Both the position numbers and the translations under genes were made by a program. DNA of 64,000 bases from Octopus vulgaris (Eukaryota), in assembly GCA_951406725.2 (NCBI GenBank), contig OX597830.1, positions 6,510,001 to 6,574,000 on the forward strand. The letters run 5' to 3'. Shown piece after piece: positions 41,764 to 52,990 of the stretch. The notes under the pieces were generated by a model. That model was not told the DNA's origin, did not search any database, and was given only the letters and a program-made list of their open reading frames with translations. Every line of letters starts with the position of its first letter. Position 1 is the first letter of the stretch.

Positions 41764-42210
41764 CAAATATAGTGAAATTGACAGGTTTTCTGTGTCGGTA
41801 AATAATTTTGTGTGAAGTCGGTAAATTTGGATCAGTAACAGAAATAGTCTCACACCACCCGCCGATGCTTTTAAAGGAAACGATCCCTCCGGCGATATGT
41901 GGCCGCTCTGTAATTTACGCTAGGACAATTGTAGATATCGAAATACTGTAGATTGTCCAGACTGACCAGGTGACTTAGTGACCTACTCCTCGCTTGACAT
42001 CCATTGCTAACTTTCTTATTGTCTGTGCGTTGCTTAGTGTTAATTCAAGCGAAATTCTCTCTTTGATCTTCCCTTCATTTTCTTTCGTATTCAATTGGAG
42101 AAAAGAATACTGAAAAAAAAAGAAAACTATCAAAACGAAGAACATGTAAAATGTGTTCATAATCTTCTTCTTGTTATTATTGACCTTATTTGCTGGTGAC
42201 TGTGGTGGTG
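41764..42210. repeat. Unclassified interspersed repeat, copy 2 (inverted relative to 34292-34732)
   Basis: See 34292-34732. The terminal motif CAAATATAGTGAAATTGAC.GGTTTT also occurs as reverse complement at ~6615-6640. Confidence 0.8.
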
Positions 42211-42489
42211 CAGGAGGTAGTGATGGTGATGGGCGTAGACATGAGATTAGTGTAACTTTTCTTCAAATTTTCGTTATCTTCTTTCAAATACGAACACTTG
42301 TAATAAACCGGCCACGAAGAAGTCGCATAAGATGCAAGTATGTATGCCTTTTCTACCTGTTTAACTTTCCATACATTCATTCATTGATCAGATAATTTCT
42401 TTCTCTATGTCTGTGTGTCTCTCTTTTGCTGACAGTCTATCTGTTACTTTAGGTATGCACGCATCAACATATATTTTGTTAATATTTTA

Positions 42490-42700
42490 ATATTGATAAT
42501 ATCTATAATTGCGGAAACTTATCGAGCTTCATTCGATTTTGATGAGGGGTGGGGGTCAGAGTTACTTTCTGGATTTAATATTGAATATGGGTCGGTAGAG
42601 TTTGCATTGTTGCTTATGTCTGAATGGGGTGATATTTTATTTATAAGGTTTTTGTGTGGGGCGTTATATTTTGGAGGAGGTTCTTTGTGTTTCTATAGGG
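42490..42700 (+). pseudogene. nad1: NUMT: fragment of mitochondrial NADH dehydrogenase subunit 1
   Basis: IAETYRASFDFDEGWGSELLSGFNIEYGSVEFALLLMSEWGDILF matches the conserved ND1 motif [34 protein letters not shown].NILF. Conserved residues are mutated, there is one extra codon, and the context is nuclear repeats. Confidence 0.85.
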
Positions 42701-42849
42701 TTGTCTGCATCTTTTATTGTTGGTTTATTAAAATTTTTATGTATGTATGTATAATATATGCGTATAATTAAGTATATATATATATATGTGTGTGTATGTA
42801 TGTATGTATGAATATTTTACACGCTAACACTCAAACACAAGCACAGAAT

Positions 42850-42885
<36 letters not shown>

Positions 42886-43055
42886 ATATATATGTGTGTG
42901 TGTCCGCGCGCGTGAGCGTGTATGCGTGTGTTTTTGATTGTGCACGCTTTAATACAATTATATATATATATACATATATATATGTATGTATGTATATATA
43001 ATATATACAGAGTAAGATTTCGCGATTTCGTTTAGGCACATCTGTTATAAAATCT

Positions 43056-43121
<66 letters not shown>

Positions 43122-43436
43122 AGATACAAATATATATACATATGTGTGTATATTTACATTTATTCAAATATATAAGTATATAAATATATACATATATATT
43201 TTATAAATATTATAAATATTATATATGAAAATGTAAATGTGTGTGTATAGGTATGTATGTTTTTATCTCTAAATATAAACTTCGATAAACTTAGGCATGT
43301 TTCGACCAAAGGTTGGCCCAAGCTATATCTAACTTAATAGCACCACTTGGTCGGATTTGTTAAATCCTTTTAAAGTCAAGTTATATGGCATCATGGCTCA
43401 TTTGAGAACAGAGTTATTGATCATGTATTTATATGC

Positions 43437-43526
43437 ATTTGCAGAGTAGATTCACATAGTCCTGGGATCATGAAAGTGAAACACGCAAATATGTGTGTAA
43501 ATAAAATATATGCATACGTATGTGTG

Positions 43527-43619
<93 letters not shown>

Positions 43620-44110
43620 GATAGATAGATAGACAGATAGATAGATATATACATATTATATGCAATATATGTAATGCATATATATTAAATATACATATAT
43701 AACTAGTATGTATATATTTCGTTTTTGGATTTGGTTTGCAAGATTCTTTATATGAGTTCGTGTGTTGAAGCTTATTTTATTCTGTCTGGGGAGAGTCATT
43801 CTCTTTTAGTGCCTTATTATTCAACACACTCGCCGGTAAAATTTCCACTTATTTTTTATTTTTATTTTCTAAAATATTCGTTGCGTCTTGCAACCTTTTC
43901 CATAGTCTTGACCCTTATCAGAAATAAGTGGAAAATTTACCGGTGAGTGTGTTAAATAATAAGGCACTAAAAGAGAATGACTCTCCCCAGACACAACATA
44001 GTATGTATATATATATATTTCACACATACGTATGCATATATTTTATTTCCACACTTTTTTGCGTGTTTCACTTTCATGATCCCAGTCCTATGTGAATCTA
44101 CTCTGCAAAT
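43437..44110. repeat. Outer inverted repeat pair (~95 bp; 43437-43531 and 44017-44110)
   Basis: ATTTGCAGAGTAGATTCACATAG.CCTGGGATCATGAAAGTGAAACACGCAAA.. is the reverse complement of ..TTTGCGTGTTTCACTTTCATGATCCCAGTCCTATGTGAATCTACTCTGCAAAT. Confidence 0.85.
43716..43998 (-). mobile_element. Short inverted-arm element with decayed U3:A8 hammerhead (family of 62859-63139 and 52866-52990)
   Basis: Inverted arms ~43775-43852 and 43922-43993. Minus 43869-43905 reads CUA-UGGAAAA-G-GUUGC AAGAC GCAAC-GAAU-AUUU-UAG. TAGTATGTATATAT flanks both sides (43704, 43999). Confidence 0.75.
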
Positions 44111-44519
44111 GTTCTTCTGAAGGATATCGACATGAAACTCTTCTCGATCTGGAAAACATTTTACGCTTAAGTTAATCAGCCATGAATCTACATACAATCC
44201 GATGAAAAACTACGATTGCTAAAACGCTGTAAAATTGTAGGGTGCGTGACTGAGACATTCTCCTACATGCTTGTAAATATTATGAACAAAATAATGGTTA
44301 TTATAATAAGAACTGCAGTATTAATGGCATTTATATAAATACTGTTATTCTTTCTAAAAAATGGTTATTGCTTTTTTTTTACGTAACTTTATTTGATTCT
44401 GTAAATAAAGAACCCGGAATTTCATCTTAATGCCGTATCAATTCATAATGTGAGTTAGTATGCCCTGAGTGTCGGTAAGGCACGAAGCAAGAAATGGGAT
44501 GATAATTGAAGGAAAACAC

Positions 44520-44670
<151 letters not shown>

Positions 44671-44704
44671 TTAATAATAATAATTATTATTATTTTAAAA
44701 ATAT

Positions 44705-45068
44705 ATGCATCTCTGCTCATGAGCAGAATTAATAGAGGAGTATCATAGCCATTTGTTGACAGGAATTCGTTGGGGTTTGAATAATTCACCTCTGAATCAT
44801 GGGTGTTTCGTTCAACATCGTTAAACAAACATTTTTCAAGGACCTTTTGAGCGGGTTGGACTACACGACACGAAGAAAATTCTAACTGGGCCCCACCTAC
44901 TAGGTCATGCTTTTGTTTATCTTGATATAAGATCACCATGTCTCGCACATATGGTTGTGATGCATGCGCCTGGTGTACCCTTATCAGACGAGTAGCCACG
45001 ATGTTTATACTGTGCTTCATATATTCTACCCCGGTGTCACATTGCTGACATGCACTGCTCCCTCACTC

Positions 45069-45070
<2 letters not shown>
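44705..45070 (+). mobile_element. Unclassified retroposon-like repeat ending in (AAT)n
   Basis: Its 3' part (GATGCATGCGCCTGGTGTACCCTTATCAGACGAGTAGCCACGATG) recurs as reverse complement at ~28740-28835. Flanked by (AAT)n. Confidence 0.5.
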
Positions 45071-45120
<50 letters not shown>

Positions 45121-45381
45121 GAAAAGATGATAAAGAAGAAGAAAAAAATAACAACAACAATAATAACAATAACAATGATGATTCTAAAAACTGAGTATAG
45201 TCGATGCCGACTAATATCGTCATTGATTTTCGATATTAAATATTCTATGCATTATTTTATATAATTTGAATAACACACTGACACACAGACTTATTTGTAT
45301 GTGTATGTATGTGTGCGTGTACATATACATTGATTTGATAATATGAACTACGTTACTAACGTTTCGGCAATATTTATATGA

Positions 45382-45452
<71 letters not shown>

Positions 45453-45478
45453 ATAGGATTAGCTCGTATACGAGTAGG

Positions 45479-45590
45479 TATATATTTGTAAAAAATGAAG
45501 TTCGAAAATGCTGCTGTATTATACAATTTTTAATTGTATAATACAATTTTTAATTGTATAATACAGCAGCATTTTCGAACTTCATTTTTT

Positions 45591-45601
<11 letters not shown>
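45479..45601. repeat. Perfect palindrome with duplicated 20-bp centre
   Basis: TATATTTGTAAAAAATGAAGTTCGAAAATGCTGCTGTATTATACAATT and its exact reverse complement, with ATACAATTTTTAATTGTATA twice (45521-45560). Confidence 0.9.
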
Positions 45602-45625
<24 letters not shown>

Positions 45626-45630
45626 CTATA

Positions 45631-45664
<34 letters not shown>

Positions 45665-45675
45665 GAATATATATA

Positions 45676-45706
<31 letters not shown>

Positions 45707-46534
45707 AGGTGTATGTATTCTATATTATGAATAGCGAATAGGACAAACATATAAAACGAAAATGAAAGTATTTTCAGTGAAATTCTGAAGAAGTTGTGAT
45801 AAACCAATCCCAATTTCAGGGCAATAAAATCCAAATATATACAGCTTTATGAAATTCCGATTAAACCGAAAAAGTAAAAAAGTCAGTACTTAAGGTAGGT
45901 ATATTAAGATGTGCGTTAGTCCCCTGTAAATAGGTTCTTGTAAGTTATAAATTGTGAGCAAATATTTATAAATGAATTTCTAGAGAGACAATTACCCGCT
46001 GTCAGATTCGTGAAAATGGTCTGGAAAATTTGTTAGTTTGCTGAACTCTGAGAAATCGAAAGATTTAGAAACAGTTTGAAATCTTGAAACCGCACAAATT
46101 TTGGGGTGAAATATTGTTAATTCAATCCAGCAAATCATTTAGGGACAATGTTATTGACATTATATGATATATGTATATTTCTACACCCCCATACACCCCA
46201 CACAGACATGCACGCATGCACACAAACACAAACATGCACACGTATACACATATATGTTTATATAATTACATGTATGTATGTATCTCTATGTTTGTGAGTC
46301 TGTCTGTATGTATGTATGCATATTGGTGAAGTCCCAACAACTTGCTAAATTTTCGAGAACATGTGGAGTTATTCACGTTTGCAGTGAATCCCGGAGCACA
46401 TAAAACTACAAATAACATCATAACATCATGTACATGGGTAAAAAAACTCATTTGGTTATGAAAAAACTCGAAAGCTGACTTATGGATGGCTTTTATTGTG
46501 ACAAGATCTATCGCTCTACAAACAATATGTACAC

Positions 46535-46571
<37 letters not shown>

Positions 46572-46738
46572 GTATATATATGCATAGATATATATACATG
46601 TATATATAAATATTTATGCATATATATATATATATATATATAATATGTATTCATAAATATCCATCGATATACCTATGTATGAACATGCGGAAGCAGAGTT
46701 AATTGTTTCTGTCCATATATGTAGTTATATTGTGTGTG

Positions 46739-46791
<53 letters not shown>

Positions 46792-46861
46792 TATATGATT
46801 TTTTTGCATAATAAGATAAAAACCAAGTCTGTGTAGATATCAGAACATTCATAGATAGAAG

Positions 46862-46913
46862 GTCTTACAGCTGTTTCCGGGATATTTATTAATTATATCC
46901 CATCCTCGGAGAC
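46862..46913 (-). ncRNA. Minimal hammerhead motif (U4C variant)
   Basis: Minus strand GUCU-[CCGAGGA]-UGGGAUAU AAUUAAUAA AUAUCCCG-[GAAA]-CAGCUG-[UA]-AGAC: 4-bp stem I, 7-8-bp stem II, palindromic stem III. Confidence 0.6.
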
Positions 46914-47132
46914 AGTTTGAGAAGATGGTTAACTAATAGTTAATTTAGTGAGGTGGAGGAAAGAAAATAGATGCAAGATATGTAGGGATATTGAATTTGT
47001 AGATCCATTTTTGGGGCAGAATGGTATATATGTAAGATTCCAATACCTTATGAGTGAGATCCAACAGTATTTAAAATTGTTCACTCCAACTAAAGAATTT
47101 ATACACACACATATATATATGTACATACATAT

Positions 47133-47179
<47 letters not shown>

Positions 47180-47201
47180 TATATATATATATGTGTGTAT
47201 A

Positions 47202-47266
<65 letters not shown>

Positions 47267-47267
<1 letters not shown>

Positions 47268-47456
47268 TCTGTATTTAAGAGATGGGGAATTATGTGCATT
47301 ATTTACATTTGACGTATATTTGTCCACATCAACGTTTCGGCTGATATACCCTCCAGCCTTCATATAGCGTAGTGGATAATAGCGCGGGCTAATAACCCCA
47401 AAATTCCGAGTTCGATTCCAGGCAATAACCTGAATAATAATAATAATAATAATAAT

Positions 47457-47502
<46 letters not shown>

Positions 47503-47513
47503 TTAACACTAAC

Positions 47514-47547
<34 letters not shown>

Positions 47548-47653
47548 GCATCGAAAAGGCACCTGATGAAAGCTGGAAGTTATATCAGCCGAAACGTTGT
47601 GTTAACAACAAACAAGATGCGGACAAATATCCGTCAAGTGGAAATAATGTAAA

Positions 47654-47657
<4 letters not shown>
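47267..47657 (+). mobile_element. tRNA-headed SINE-like element with (AAT)n spacer, hammerhead-bearing tail and inverted 5' arm
   Basis: A box TAGCGTAGTGG (47365-47375), B box GAGTTCGATTCC (47408-47419), (AAT)n 47433-47546, HHR 47559-47602. 47267-47363 is an inverted copy of the HHR/tail. Both ends sit in (TA)n. Confidence 0.7.
47559..47602 (+). ncRNA. Minimal hammerhead ribozyme motif (canonical CUGAUGA core)
   Basis: GCAC-[CUGAUGA]-A-AGCUG GAAGUUAUAU CAGCC-[GAAA]-CG-[UU]-GUGU. The inverted copy has GGCUG, which restores the G10.1:C11.1 pair. Confidence 0.7.
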
Positions 47658-47710
<53 letters not shown>

Positions 47711-47901
47711 GCCTGATGAAGAATATACCTGCGGGAAAAGACAGGGTGGGAATGCAGTAAGTTTTATAGTATATATATGCATCAAATGAAATAAAAAACA
47801 GAACTATTTCATTTTTTTATTTCATATGATGCATATATCCTCTCACCTCTGCTACAAGCTGGCACATACTAGTGCTTACAGTTATCAAGTATTCACCCTG
47901 A

Positions 47902-47945
<44 letters not shown>

Positions 47946-47948
<3 letters not shown>

Positions 47949-48520
47949 GATAAATATCAAAGTGAGTTATATACAGTAGCGGTAACACATCGTGACATAT
48001 TTTTGCCATTTCAATATGGCTAACCCCTAAGGGTGGATGCTACTGTAGTTTTTAGCCCCAGGAGGACACACTCCTCCAGCTGGCCATAGACACACTTTCT
48101 GTGTCCTGTCAGTATTTGCAAAGGGAAGTCATCCTTCCCGTCTTCAACTTATGATACACACGGACTCGAGTTTCGAGGTATTGACCTCTCGTCAGCGTGT
48201 GACAATCATAGTTGTCGGCGAGAATTAGATTTCCTTCACAAATACTTATACTTTTTCCAGCGTCCACTGTCGCTGATATTGAAAAAGTGAAATCAAACAA
48301 TGATAAATATCAAAGTGAGTTATATACAGTGGCGGTAACACATCGTGACGTATTTTTGCCATTTCAATATGGCTAACCCTAAGGGTGGATGCTACTGTAG
48401 TTTTTAGTGTGTCTATGGCCAGCTGGCCATAGGACACAGGAGTGTGTCCTCCTGGGGCTAAAAACTACAGTAGCATCCACCCTTAGGGGTTAGCCATATT
48501 GAAATGGCAAAAATACGTCA

Positions 48521-48524
<4 letters not shown>
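47946..48524 (-). mobile_element. Retrozyme-like / PLE-derived non-autonomous element: 353-nt unit, partial tandem repeat and inverted 5' segment
   Basis: 47948-48056 is repeated at 48301-48407 (period 353), 48408-48524 is an inverted copy of ~47991-48095, the HHR lies in the unique part, and both flanks are (TA)n. Confidence 0.8.
48157..48201 (-). ncRNA. Canonical minimal type-I hammerhead ribozyme
   Basis: Minus strand CACACG-[CUGACGA]-GAGGU CAAU ACCUC-[GAAA]-CUCGAG-[UC]-CGUGUG: all conserved core nucleotides, perfect 6-bp stem I, 5-bp stem II, palindromic stem III ACUCGAGU, GUC cleavage triplet. Confidence 0.88.
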
Positions 48525-48576
<52 letters not shown>

Positions 48577-48685
48577 GTGTGTGTATACCATATATATATA
48601 AAGTATGTGTGTGTACCATATATATACATATATATGTATACATATAAATGTATATATATATATATGTATACATATATATATATGT

Positions 48686-48750
<65 letters not shown>

Positions 48751-49083
48751 AAATATATATCTTTTATTTACTTTTTTGCACAATAATCATTGTTATACGT
48801 TTTATCTTATATTTAATTTTTCTATAATATGTAATTTTTCGAAATGGTATGATTTATTTCATTATTGAATTGATAAAAGGTGTCTTTTTTCTTATCTATA
48901 TATATATATTATATTTTGTGAAATTTGATTTAGTATTCCTAAATTGAATTTTTCCCCTGTAAGTTTGGAATAATATTCCCTCATATATATATATATATAT
49001 ATATGTATGTATATATATGCATATATATATATAAATATATATATATATATGTATACATATATATATGCATATATATGTATATA

Positions 49084-49129
<46 letters not shown>

Positions 49130-49569
49130 ATATATATATATGTACCATATTTATATATATGTACCATATATATACATATATATGTCTATATATATGTATG
49201 TACCATATATGTCTGTGTGTGTGAGTGTATGCGTGTGGGTGGGTGTGGATGCGTGTGCCACTGTATCTACACGAGTTAGTATATTGTTATCCACATGCAA
49301 ACATTTATTCAAATGCACATAAACTTACACATATATACACATGCACGCGCATATACTGTTAAACAGAAAATATAATATAGACCAGCATTAACAAAAACGG
49401 GAGAAATATGTAGAAAGCTTTATGTATAACAGACATTATTATTAGGCAAAGGTCTATACTGAAATATTGTAGTAATTTTGCTTGTATAGAGATACAAGTA
49501 CAATCATATACATATAGACTCTCACGAGGAAATGGGGTTCCATGCAACATGTATGTAGATAGGGGCAAA

Positions 49570-49682
49570 CGTAGCCGTGTAGTAAAAAGTTTGCTTCCCA
49601 ACCACATGTCTGGGAGTACAGTCCCAATGTGTGACACCTTGGATGTGGTAGACGGAACCTGAAGTAAACGCGACGTATTTCA

Positions 49683-49726
<44 letters not shown>

Positions 49727-49945
49727 ACGCGTGTGTGTATGTTTGTGTCTATGTTTGCGTCCGTGTTTGTCCCCCATCACCGTTTGAAAACCGGTGTTGA
49801 CCACATGATGTCTCTGTAAACTAGCAGCGTGGCTAAAGGGGTTGGTAGAATAAGTAAGCAAGCTGAAGGATTTGAAGTACTGACTGATTTTGTTCGACTA
49901 TAATTCTTCAACGTTGCCACAATCTAAAGAGTGGAACAAATAGAA
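49570..49945 (+). mobile_element. tRNA-derived SINE with internal (TG)n (family of 15965-17672)
   Basis: GTAGCCGTGTAGTAAAAAGTTTGCTTCCCAACCACATG..TGGTAGACGGAACCTGAAG..(TG)n..TTTGTCCCCCATCACCGTTTGAAAACCGGTGTTG. Confidence 0.65.
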
Positions 49946-50021
49946 CAGAAAACTTATATGCACACACACACACACTCACACACAAATATATATGTACTTT
50001 AAACGCTGCAGAAACAATTTT

Positions 50022-50197
50022 TTCTGAGCTTCACGCTCCCGTTCGTCGTCTAACAAAACTGTCCGACGAACTGGAACGTGTAACTCTGAGTAACAGTTTT
50101 TGTGATATTTCTACTGCTTTTAAATAAATGATATTACTCTACCTCTGGTATTTCAGTACTCTTTTTTCCACCTTGTTTCACATTTATATGCTTACTA

Positions 50198-50200
<3 letters not shown>
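50022..50200 (+). mobile_element. Short element with hammerhead motif (U4C), short inverted arm, tail ending at (TA)n
   Basis: 50055-50100 reads AAAACUGU-[CCGACGA]-ACU GGAA CGU-GUAA-CUCUGAG-[UA]-ACAGUUUU (perfect 8-bp stem I). An inverted partial copy lies at 50022-50048, and the tail end recurs as reverse complement at 18598-18637. Confidence 0.6.
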
Positions 50201-50294
<94 letters not shown>

Positions 50295-50452
50295 AAGAGA
50301 GAAAATATGATATAATATAGAACGGAGGGTGTTATGGTTAAGGATCGAAACACAAGATAGACATTGGACACAGTCTGAGGGCATCAGTTCCACTTGGCCA
50401 AAATTCCATTCACTTTGGTGAGTGGAAAAAGCACCTCCTTATACGTGTTAAC

Positions 50453-50483
<31 letters not shown>

Positions 50484-50780
50484 CATACACATGTGTGTGT
50501 GTCTATAGAAGGAGAGAGGGAGGGAGAGCGAGAGAGACAAAGATAGAGATGGAAATAGAAAGAAAGAGACAGGATTTTTTATGGTAACCTATAAAATTAG
50601 GTTATTATCAATAGAGTCACATACAGATGTAAATGCAAAGACACAGAAACACACACACACACACCTATCTGCACACGCACAAATATGCATGTAATATCAT
50701 TAGTGACACATAGACTTACTGGAATCCCAGAGATTTACATTTTTATACACACACGTAAACACATACATATACACACATCC

Positions 50781-50835
<55 letters not shown>

Positions 50836-52258
50836 CATATATACATACATGACATGTGTGCAAATATATATATGTAAGGCTGTATAGATAAACATCATTG
50901 ACATATCTAAACTTATTCAAGAGAATCCTAAAGAGGTTTATGTTAATCTTCTTCTGATTGTTATTTAGAGATAACATTGATCCCAACAATGACACATGTC
51001 ATCAACATCATCATAATCATCATAAACATCGTCATCATCATCATCATCAACATCACCACCATCATCATCATCATCCTCGTTGCCATCATCATCAAGTTTT
51101 ATGCTTTCTTAAAGTTGTATAAAAATTTCCTTTTCTTTATTTTTTTTATCTTACTATTGTGTTTGAAGCAATCCAAAGACACTAAGCATTCCTCCACCAT
51201 TTCTCAGCGTAACCCCTAATGTATTTAAATATGATAAATTTCCTGATTTTCAATAAATACGTAAGCACTGAAGAGACACTGCACCAAAATCCACGCTGAT
51301 CCAATTCTGTGTCAATTGAACAACGAAGAACAATCTCTCCTGGCATAAACCAGTCATACTGAAAACAGAATTTATGGAAGCGGTTGTTGGACTAACATTT
51401 TCTAATTTTCACTCTGATAGAGAAATATGAATTAATTATACTAAATCACCGAAATTCAGATTAATTTGCAGCAATTTACATTAATTTACATTGCTATATC
51501 TGTATCATTATCGTCGTCGTCGTCGCCATCATCATCATCGTTTATCTTCCACTTTCCATGTCTTGGACGGTTTGAAATGAGCTGGTAAATCGGAGAGCTG
51601 CACCAGGCTCCAGTTCTCTGTTTTGGTATGGTTCCGATGGCTGGATGTCCCTCCTAACATCACTTTAAAAAATGTACTGGATACTTTTTTATATGGCACC
51701 GGCACGTGATCATTTTATGCGGTGTCAGCAGTGATGCTTTTTACGCTGTACCCTATTTATAGAGCAATACGAATTTAACGAATTTAACGAAATCCGTATA
51801 AATTTCCAGTATTATTCGAAAATACACCCTAAAATATTAAATGCTCATTAATACATAATAATGTCCACAGTTTATTAAATACAATAATGTACAGTAATTT
51901 ACAATAACAAATACATTACAAATAATTACAATATATTAAAATACATTATTTTGTCCTAATTTACTTTATATACCTTCATATACACCAATAATCAGTTACT
52001 GTCGCTACTAGCTATTAATTTACTCTCATTTACACACATGCACGCTAATATCCACAGAAATATATTAAAGCACGTTGATATACGCCCATATCCATAAATA
52101 TACGGAGTAATTTATATTATCATCCGGCAATATTGAGCAATTCACACTGATCTACACTTATATAAAATGATATATATATTAATATCTGAATACACAATAT
52201 CATTAAGTAATATATACTAATGTATATATCAATATACTTTTACATGAATTCACACTTA

Positions 52259-52299
<41 letters not shown>

Positions 52300-52493
52300 T
52301 AAATAAAGGGAGTTTAACGCAGGTGTTATCAAATATTTTTACTTTCGACACATGTTTCGAAAATTCCACTGATACTATTCAAAAGAATAAATGGTATAAA
52401 CAATGCAAACTTCGCCTCAGGAGATTTTTGCTACCCTGGTAACTATTTATTTATTTTTTCCCTGTTAATTGTTAACAAGGTAAAAATACACTC

Positions 52494-52545
<52 letters not shown>

Positions 52546-52865
52546 GTATATGCACACACACGTATATACATATACGTATATATACATGCATATATATATA
52601 CATTATATATACACTAACATATACCATTATACAGTAATATAGAATTATACATAGTAATTCATGTATACAACACACTACACCTATATACGTTAATATACTG
52701 TAATGGCGAGTGATTCACACTAACGTACTTCTCATTTATATACATTTTTATGCCCCATTTGGAACTAATTCAGACAATATTCAGAAATTTAGACTATTGA
52801 AAATGCTGCAAGTCGCAATGAAAATTTTAGTTGAAACAAAAAACAAGTAAATGAATGGAAATCAG

Positions 52866-52990
52866 ATCGGTGAGTGTGTTAAATTAATATGGTACTAAAA
52901 GAGAATGACTCTCCCCAGACAGAATAAAATAAGCTTCAGCACACGAATTCACATAAAGTATCTTGCAGACCACACACAAAAACGAAATAG
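52866..52990 (+). repeat. Tail-only fragment of the 43716/62859 family
   Basis: CGGTGAGTGTGTTAAATTAATATGGTACTAAAAGAGAATGACTCTCCCCAGACAGAATAAAATAAGCTTCAGCACACGAA..AAAAACGAAAT. Confidence 0.75.

Noticed and set aside
42493-42771. Functional ND1 gene
   Set aside because: Only an internal fragment, with invariant residues mutated, running into a microsatellite; called a NUMT.
47362-47430. Functional tRNA gene
   Set aside because: A and B boxes are present but I cannot form an acceptor stem or full cloverleaf; treated as a SINE head. The same applies to the other tRNA-like heads.
47709-47745. CTGATGA..GGAAAAGAC motif
   Set aside because: No stem II, stem III or stem I pairing.
52345-52425. Minus-strand CTGAGG..GAAACATGTG motif
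   Set aside because: The core lacks A9 and the cleavage position would be G; too degenerate. Similar partial GAAAC motifs at 43296 and 45357 were also rejected.
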